Source: Blepharisma stoltei ATCC 30299 (lineage: Eukaryota > Protista > Ciliophora). From it: a DNA stretch of 64,000 nt. The stretch is taken from positions 62,001 to 126,000 of the forward strand of contig CBFDEM010000063.1 in assembly GCA_965603825.1 (NCBI GenBank). Reading direction: 5' to 3'. Below the pieces are notes generated by a model that did no database searches, had not been told where the DNA came from, and worked only from the letters and a program-made list of their open reading frames with translations. A program made the translations under genes and the position numbers. Positions 58,154 through 64,000 of the stretch are shown in pieces; position 1 is the stretch's first letter, and each line of letters opens with the position of its first letter.

Positions 58154-60897
58154 CTATTTATATTTTCTGAACGTCATAAAATCGGCTCCTCTCCCAATAA
58201 AAGATGCAGGTGACACTCGTTTAATTCGATTATAATCCAGATATTTAGCGTGCCTTCTCGAGTTATCTAAATCGTCTTTGATTATTAAACTTCTATAGTT
58301 CCTCCTTGAGGACTGCTTATCAACGCCTCCACCAGTAGAAGTTATTTTTACAAATTCTGTCGGAGACAGCGGTTTTTCACTTTTAGGTGGCTTTGGCTGG
58401 GCATTTTTTACAATTTCAGGCAATTTTTCTTCATTTCTAGCTGGGGAGTTATTTGCTGAGGTATTCAAATAACTGGTCGCTTTTAATAGCTTTTTATCCC
58501 ATGATTGAACTATAATAAAAGTTACTGAGATTATAAATATTTTCAAGGTGGTCTTCAAGTACTTCTTCAGTTGTAGGCTGAGGTTTTTCGAACTGCATTT
58601 GCCTTAATGGGATATATTTTTCTAGTCTTGATGTTGACGGTATTATCGGTCTATGTTTAGGAGGAGGCACTGAGGACGCTGTTATTCTTTTCGCTGAATT
58701 TTTTAGGATTTTTTTGTCGGTTTTTTTCTTTTTGGCGAGGACACTTACTTCGGGAAGCTCAAATCTGGAATCATCAGCTTCAGACATAGAGGATTCGGAG
58801 TCGTTATCACTTAGTTCATCAATGTTTCATAGCTGCTCTAAATCCATAAGAGATTCATTATTTTGTATAGTTTTTAAAGCTTCTTCTAAGTGAAATTCTT
58901 CTTCATTTATATTTTCTTCTTGCTCTTCTCTGATTTCACTATCACTGCTGTCTTTTTCTAAATTTTCTGTATTTTCTGTACTCTCTTTATTTTTTTTAAC
59001 ATTAAAATTAAATGGCACCGACCTTCTATATTGATTTAAAATTTCTTTAAGCTTTTTTTTGAACAAATATGGGTTACAAAAAATAAGACAGACTTTACAT
59101 AAATCAGAGCCTAAATTTTCCAAATGGCATCGCTCCATATGAGCATCTCCCGAAGCTTCTCCATCATAAGGGTCTCGATTTTGTAGTGATGCTTGATGGC
59201 TTGGCCCATAAAAAGAGCATTCAAGTGTATAGCTATTTAATAAATTAATTTCTCTAAAAATAACAATTCTGGCTGTGGATTCTTTACATTTTTCAATCCT
59301 GAATTTTGAGTCTTTAAATGAAAAAATTTTGTTTTTTTCTGCCAAAAGCAATGGTATCATTTTTATGAGCACATTATTTCTCCTATCTTCTATTTCTCTT
59401 CCAACTGAGCAGCACGAATACATAAAAACATTTTTCTTCATCGAATGCCCATGTATATCACAATACATAACAACCTCCATATCTTCAGAGAACATTTTTA
59501 TCAATCTTTTTGTATAATAAATAGTAGGGTGCAGATGCCTATTTGGTCTGATTCATCGTCTATTTAAGTCCACTCCTAATAAAGAGCATCTATAATTCCC
59601 ATATATAACCCCATCAGGGTTTAGCATAGGTATAATTTTAAACACAAAATTTTTCCTCAAAATTTTAGCTTCTTTAGAATTTCCTAACAAAAATTCAATT
59701 ACTCCTTTCATTGCATAAGAAGAGTTGCTTTCCCCTGGATGGACTCTGGCTGATATCACAATCCCTTTTTTCTTGCTGTGCTCAGTTTCTATCTTCATAT
59801 ATCATACCTTTTTTTAGTATTCTATGCCTCATGCTTTTAAGTCTTTGGAGCTTCCTTCATGCAGCGCTTTTTTCAAGCTTTTGAAGCTCAATTTCTCAGG
59901 ATTCGTAGGTGGTGACTGATTCTGTTATTGTAAGAACTGGGCAATCATTTCCAGCTAAAGTTTGACAAAGGGTATTTATCCTTAGAATTTCTTCACAATT
60001 TTGTAAAGAGTTTAAAAGGTTTTTTAAATCGGTATAGGTGTATGGATAACAATGTGCAAAATAAACGAGATCATTTTCATATTCAAAGTTATATATAAAT
60101 GATAAGGTGTAAGCGTGGTTTCGCTTTCTGTCTTCTTTACAGTTTAAGTTGTTTCTAAAATAAGAAATATTTTCTCCAGCCCTATGCCACTGTATTCCTG
60201 AATTTTTATATTTTTCCGTTGAATTTACAAGTGGCTTCATTCCATTATTATACAAAGAGTCATACTTGCTCAAGTTTACTATATTCAACGTAACTCTATG
60301 GTTTCTCTTATAACTTTTTATTGAAAAATAAAACCATTGTGTATGTCCTTTCGTGCCATAATCATACTCCAAGTACAAGTTATACTCATTTTCACTGATT
60401 TTTATCGCTTTCCACAGATTCCCACTTTCAAATTTCGAATCAAAAATCAGTACGTTTTCTGTAGGCGCAACCAAGGTGTATTCACATTTCACATACTTTT
60501 CAGGAGTAAAGGCAGGGAGGCTCTTAAGCATATTCTTATCTAGTTATCGATTACCATACTCGTCAGCGTTTTCAATGTCTTTTAGGACTGCTGGAGGAGT
60601 CATTCTGGGAGGAAGTGGGTTATACTGTGTGGAATCGTCAAAGCGCCTCGAATGGGAATCGTATACAACACAGCCGTCACTTTCATAACGATAAAGTAAC
60701 GACTTGTTGGTAGTTGGAAGATCCTGCTTAGGCTTTGTGAGATTTGGGAGGAGTTTGTTGAGGTAATTAGAAACAATTTCGTTAGTGGTAGAGTTTGAAG
60801 TGAATTTTTCTTTAGAATCATCAATTAGCAAGGATAAGCTTTGAGGAAACGGCTTCGGGCAAGGAGAATCTGTACTTAATGATTTTGTATGATTCAT
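58154..60897 (-). CDS. Cytosolic carboxypeptidase (CCP/AGBL tubulin deglutamylase, M14D); introns 60540-60554 (15 nt), 59789-59807 (19 nt, tentative) and 58510-58525 (16 nt)
   Basis: [54 protein letters not shown][W], DIHGHS and YTLE motifs. Confidence 0.93.
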
Positions 60898-60974
60898 TAT
60901 TTTAAAAATATTGATAGAAAATCATATAATTAGAAAGAACTAATAAGTTTTATTGATTAAAAGAGTTAAATTAA

Positions 60975-63900
60975 TTATTCTCCTCTATCACTGCTTGAGC
61001 TTGAACTTTTTCTGCTATGTCTCTTATGACTATGCTTTCTAGAGCTTGACTGACTATGGCTTCTTGAGCTGCTTCTGCTTCTATCTTTTTGTTTAGCCCA
61101 CTCTTCGAATTCTTCGTCTTCTTTTTTCATATCTTCTTCTCCGAACTGATAATTATATCCTTTTCTCTCAGCTTTTTTAGCTAGATTTTCACACTCTATC
61201 TGAAACTCGCTTTTTCTGGGAGGCTGGGCGTCTTTAAGTCCTTTGGTTTCAAATACTCCGATCCCGTGGGTTCCTAAGCCATGATTTATGACCAATTTAT
61301 CAAAGTCTGAGACCTCAATTTTGCTTTTTCCTGAGCTGACTTTTACCCAGAACTCAGCCATTCTTTCTTCACTTATAGAGGAGTCGTATTTTCTGATGAC
61401 GTTCTTAAACTCGTTCATATCTAAAGAAGAAATCCCTGAGGATTCTAATTCAGAATGAAGCAGTGCAGTGTCGTATCTTTGTCGGGATTTAAATACATCA
61501 ATTAAGGTGTTTAAGTAGCGAGCTTTGCTGACAATCCATTCATCGTGACGGTCCCATTCCATAAGATTTTTCATGTTGACTTTAGCCATAAAGCTACTTT
61601 GGGATATTGTTTTGGTGCCTTCAGGGTCTAAGACTCTCCACAAAGCATCAAGTTCTTTATTAGAGATCCAAAGGTCAAGCTCTTGTTGAGTCCCTCTTAA
61701 AAACTCATTCGGGTCTATTGTTCCATTATGGTTTCTATCTAGCATATCGAAAATGGCCTGTGGAGACTTTCCAAGCCTTGCCATTTTGTGTAAGATTTTA
61801 TAAGCCACAAAATCGTCATCATTAGACATATCTGGCCTAAGAAGTTCTAAGGCGCGCATCCCGCTGCTCTTATCATCTCTAAACTGATCATAAATTAAGT
61901 CCATAACGTCGCTCATAGATGCATATCCTCCAACTGCCGCCATTTCATAGGCTGTCTTTCCAGACGTCTTTTGGGCAGCATCCACTGACATTCGAGATGA
62001 TCTCAGTTTTTCAACTAAAGGATGGAAATCAAGCCTAGCCCTTGCAATATATATAGACAGATGGTATGGGACTGGGTCTGGGTGGAAATACTGCAATAAT
62101 CTTAAATAGAACGTTGCGTATAAGTTTCCTTCTTTATGAAGCTTTTTAAGTGTTGATAAAATGGCTGCAAGCCGAGACATTGCAAGATTTGGAATTCCAG
62201 AGGTTCTTTTGATGTAGTCTACAAGGCATTCTGCAATAGAGACAGGCCTATAGTTAGAATTGAGCTCTTTGAAGTCATGCTCGTGCTTTCTGTCCATGAA
62301 GTTTTCTAAGAACCTAAAGACATATAAAGTGCTGATTGGTGGCTCGTCTAAAACTCCTGCAACTTTAAGTGAGTGGGCTAAAAAGCTGCTTTCAATGGCA
62401 AGTCTACTTTCTTCTTTCATGATCCTGATAGCAATATCATAGTATCTCTTAAGGCGGTCATCTATATAATCAGGGATTATTGTATCAATATCGATGATTT
62501 CTTCTACCCTTATCTTTATAGATAGATATGATTTCCAGCGACTGAAGAAAAAGGAGTATTTACTAAACCCTGCAAAGATCACTGAAACCAATTTTTCTTT
62601 CAGATGGAACTGATATTTGAGTAATAGCTTTTCATAGTGAGCTTTAATAATAACCATTTCACTTGAAATTTCTGAAATTCTGGTCTCAGATTTAGCAATT
62701 ATTTCTTGAGCGAAAATTTCAGCTCTGATTTTTTCCTCCCTTAAGAAGCCGATAGTCTTTTGGTTGATTTCCATGTCTCTCCGCAGGATTATTACTTCTT
62801 TTTGATATTCTTCAAGCCTTTCAATTTTTATTACGAGCTCAGATTGATAAGCGCTGAGAACTTTTATTTTTTGCTCTAAATAGCCGATATAAATGATTTT
62901 TTCCTTAATTTCTTGGATCTGCAAATCTCTTATTTGGGAGACTTCAAAGTAAAATTCTTTGTATCTCCAACATTCTTCGAGCTGCAGCTCCAACTCAGTA
63001 ACTTCTTTATAAGTTTCTTCTATAATAACAGCCATTTCTTCATAGCCAGTTCTTCTTAAAAACTCTATTTTCAGCTTCAATCTCTCTATCATTTTCTCAT
63101 ATATCGTTATTTGGATCTTCAAGTCTGAAATTTCTTTTTCGTGGAATTTAATTGTAATTAAAAGTCTCTCAATTTCTACCTTTTTTTCCCTTATTTCGCT
63201 GACAGACACATCTAGTTCGTATTTAAGTCTCACTATTTTGCTAATTTTCTTCCTAATAGTTTCTTTAAATGTCTCAAATTGTTTTTCGTAATCTCTTATT
63301 GTTTCTTCTTTAATTTCTATGCTTCTAATCTTTAGTTTTATTTCGCTTTTTAGCTTCTCGTTTTCGCTTTCAAAAATAGCGATTTTTTCTGATTGTTCTC
63401 TGTACTCAATTTTAATCCTTTTAAGCTCTTTTTCTTTGCTTTCCAAAATTTCTTTGATATTCGTAATAGTAATTTCAAAAGTCGAGAATTTATTCTTATA
63501 TTCAATCAGCAGACTTTCTTTTTCCTGCAAGCTTTGCTGAAGAATTTCTATTAAGCATGCTTTTTCCTCAAAATTTTTCTTCAGCATTTCTATCGTAGTT
63601 TCATAGCGCTGCTTTTCTTTAGATATCGAGCTTTTAATATCTATGATCTCACTTCTTTTGCTTTGAATTTCTACTCTAAGTCTGCTAATAATTGACGAGT
63701 ACCTGTCCCTTATTTCTCTTCTGATATCTTCTAGCCTCTTCCACCTTTCTAATACAAACACAAATCTTTGAATTGCCCCTGAGAGCTTGACTTCGTGTTC
63801 TTCTCTATTGCATTCAATCGCCCTTACAAAATTCTCGATTTCGTCTTTAGACTGTTTAGAATCTTCTATAAGGATGCTTAAATCAGTTTCCCTGATGGCT

Positions 63901-64000
63901 CTTTCTATCATTTCTTCTGCAAGTTCATAGCTTTCTTCTATTTTTATGAAAAATCCATTGATTTTTTGTATCAGCATATGATGGAACCTCGATTGCCTAT
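60975..64000 (-). CDS. Large coiled-coil plus EF-hand protein with Ser/Arg-rich tail; probably 5'-truncated by the window edge
   Basis: Frame open to the window end; EF-hand DRNHNGTIDPNEF and a second degenerate loop DPEGTKTISQSSF. Confidence 0.85.
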   Translation of the reverse strand, partial: RQSRFHHMLIQKINGFFIKIEESYELAEEMIERAIRETDLSILIEDSKQSKDEIENFVRAIECNREEHEVKLSGAIQRFVFVLERWKRLEDIRREIRDRYSSIISRLRVEIQSKRSEIIDIKSSISKEKQRYETTIEMLKKNFEEKACLIEILQQSLQEKESLLIEYKNKFSTFEITITNIKEILESKEKELKRIKIEYREQSEKIAIFESENEKLKSEIKLKIRSIEIKEETIRDYEKQFETFKETIRKKISKIVRLKYELDVSVSEIREKKVEIERLLITIKFHEKEISDLKIQITIYEKMIERLKLKIEFLRRTGYEEMAVIIEETYKEVTELELQLEECWRYKEFYFEVSQIRDLQIQEIKEKIIYIGYLEQKIKVLSAYQSELVIKIERLEEYQKEVIILRRDMEINQKTIGFLREEKIRAEIFAQEIIAKSETRISEISSEMVIIKAHYEKLLLKYQFHLKEKLVSVIFAGFSKYSFFFSRWKSYLSIKIRVEEIIDIDTIIPDYIDDRLKRYYDIAIRIMKEESRLAIESSFLAHSLKVAGVLDEPPISTLYVFRFLENFMDRKHEHDFKELNSNYRPVSIAECLVDYIKRTSGIPNLAMSRLAAILSTLKKLHKEGNLYATFYLRLLQYFHPDPVPYHLSIYIARARLDFHPLVEKLRSSRMSVDAAQKTSGKTAYEMAAVGGYASMSDVMDLIYDQFRDDKSSGMRALELLRPDMSNDDDFVAYKILHKMARLGKSPQAIFDMLDRNHNGTIDPNEFLRGTQQELDLWISNKELDALWRVLDPEGTKTISQSSFMAKVNMKNLMEWDRHDEWIVSKARYLNTLIDVFKSRQRYDTALLHSELESSGISSLDMNEFKNVIRKYDSSISEERMAEFWVKVSSGKSKIEVSDFDKLVINHGLGTHGIGVFETKGLKDAQPPRKSEFQIECENLAKKAERKGYNYQFGEEDMKKEDEEFEEWAKQKDRSRSSSRSHSQSSSRKHSHKRHSRKSSSSSSDRGE

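Noticed and set aside
969-59898. In-frame TGAs as selenocysteine codons or pseudogene stops
   Set aside because: They align to conserved Trp rather than Cys positions in many essential genes.
1613-63540. Numerous short antisense or overlapping ORFs in the track (e.g. 1613-1924, 22048-22386, 36946-40981 plus strand, 63319-63540)
   Set aside because: Shadow frames of real genes, Phe/Ser/Leu-rich opposite Lys/Glu-rich coding sequence, with no motifs.
1-64000. Prokaryotic systems (CRISPR arrays, operons, IS elements), or a Mollicute or mitochondrial origin suggested by TGA=Trp
   Set aside because: Eukaryote-specific nuclear genes, spliceosomal introns, no repeat-spacer array and no transposase ORF.
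1-64000. Window as germline (MIC) sequence
   Set aside because: Long single-copy genes (ferlin, the 1795-aa coiled coil) are uninterrupted; IES-like inserts appear only in two duplicated paralogs.

Overview
AT-rich, very gene-dense eukaryotic DNA that reads as the somatic (macronuclear) genome of a heterotrich ciliate, most likely Blepharisma. TGA is read as Trp: it sits in frame at conserved Trp positions in CLC, importin-alpha, lipin, ferlin, UBC9, DHHC and CCP, while the genes I could complete end in TAA/TAG. The genes carry tiny 15-16 nt GT-AG introns. The supplied standard-code ORF track therefore fragments many genes. Rebuilt by hand, the window holds about 30 protein genes or pseudogenes and a tRNA-Leu(AAG). 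Two fast-evolving areas stand out. The first is a three-copy tandem array (24.4-36.2 kb) of Venus-flytrap plus ~9-TM receptor-like genes. The second (44-58 kb) holds a STAND/NACHT ATPase, Cys/His-coiled-coil-Kelch(-TPR) genes and two P-loop-degenerate Rab paralogs. The most striking signal is three large rearrangements in duplicated paralogs that can all be bounded by TA dinucleotides: a 228-bp insertion, a 1357-bp deletion and a 562-bp insertion. This is the pattern expected from IES retention and cryptic IES excision. An intergenic hairpin directly followed by a telomere-repeat permutation (52.04-52.18 kb) is a speculative telomerase-RNA candidate.
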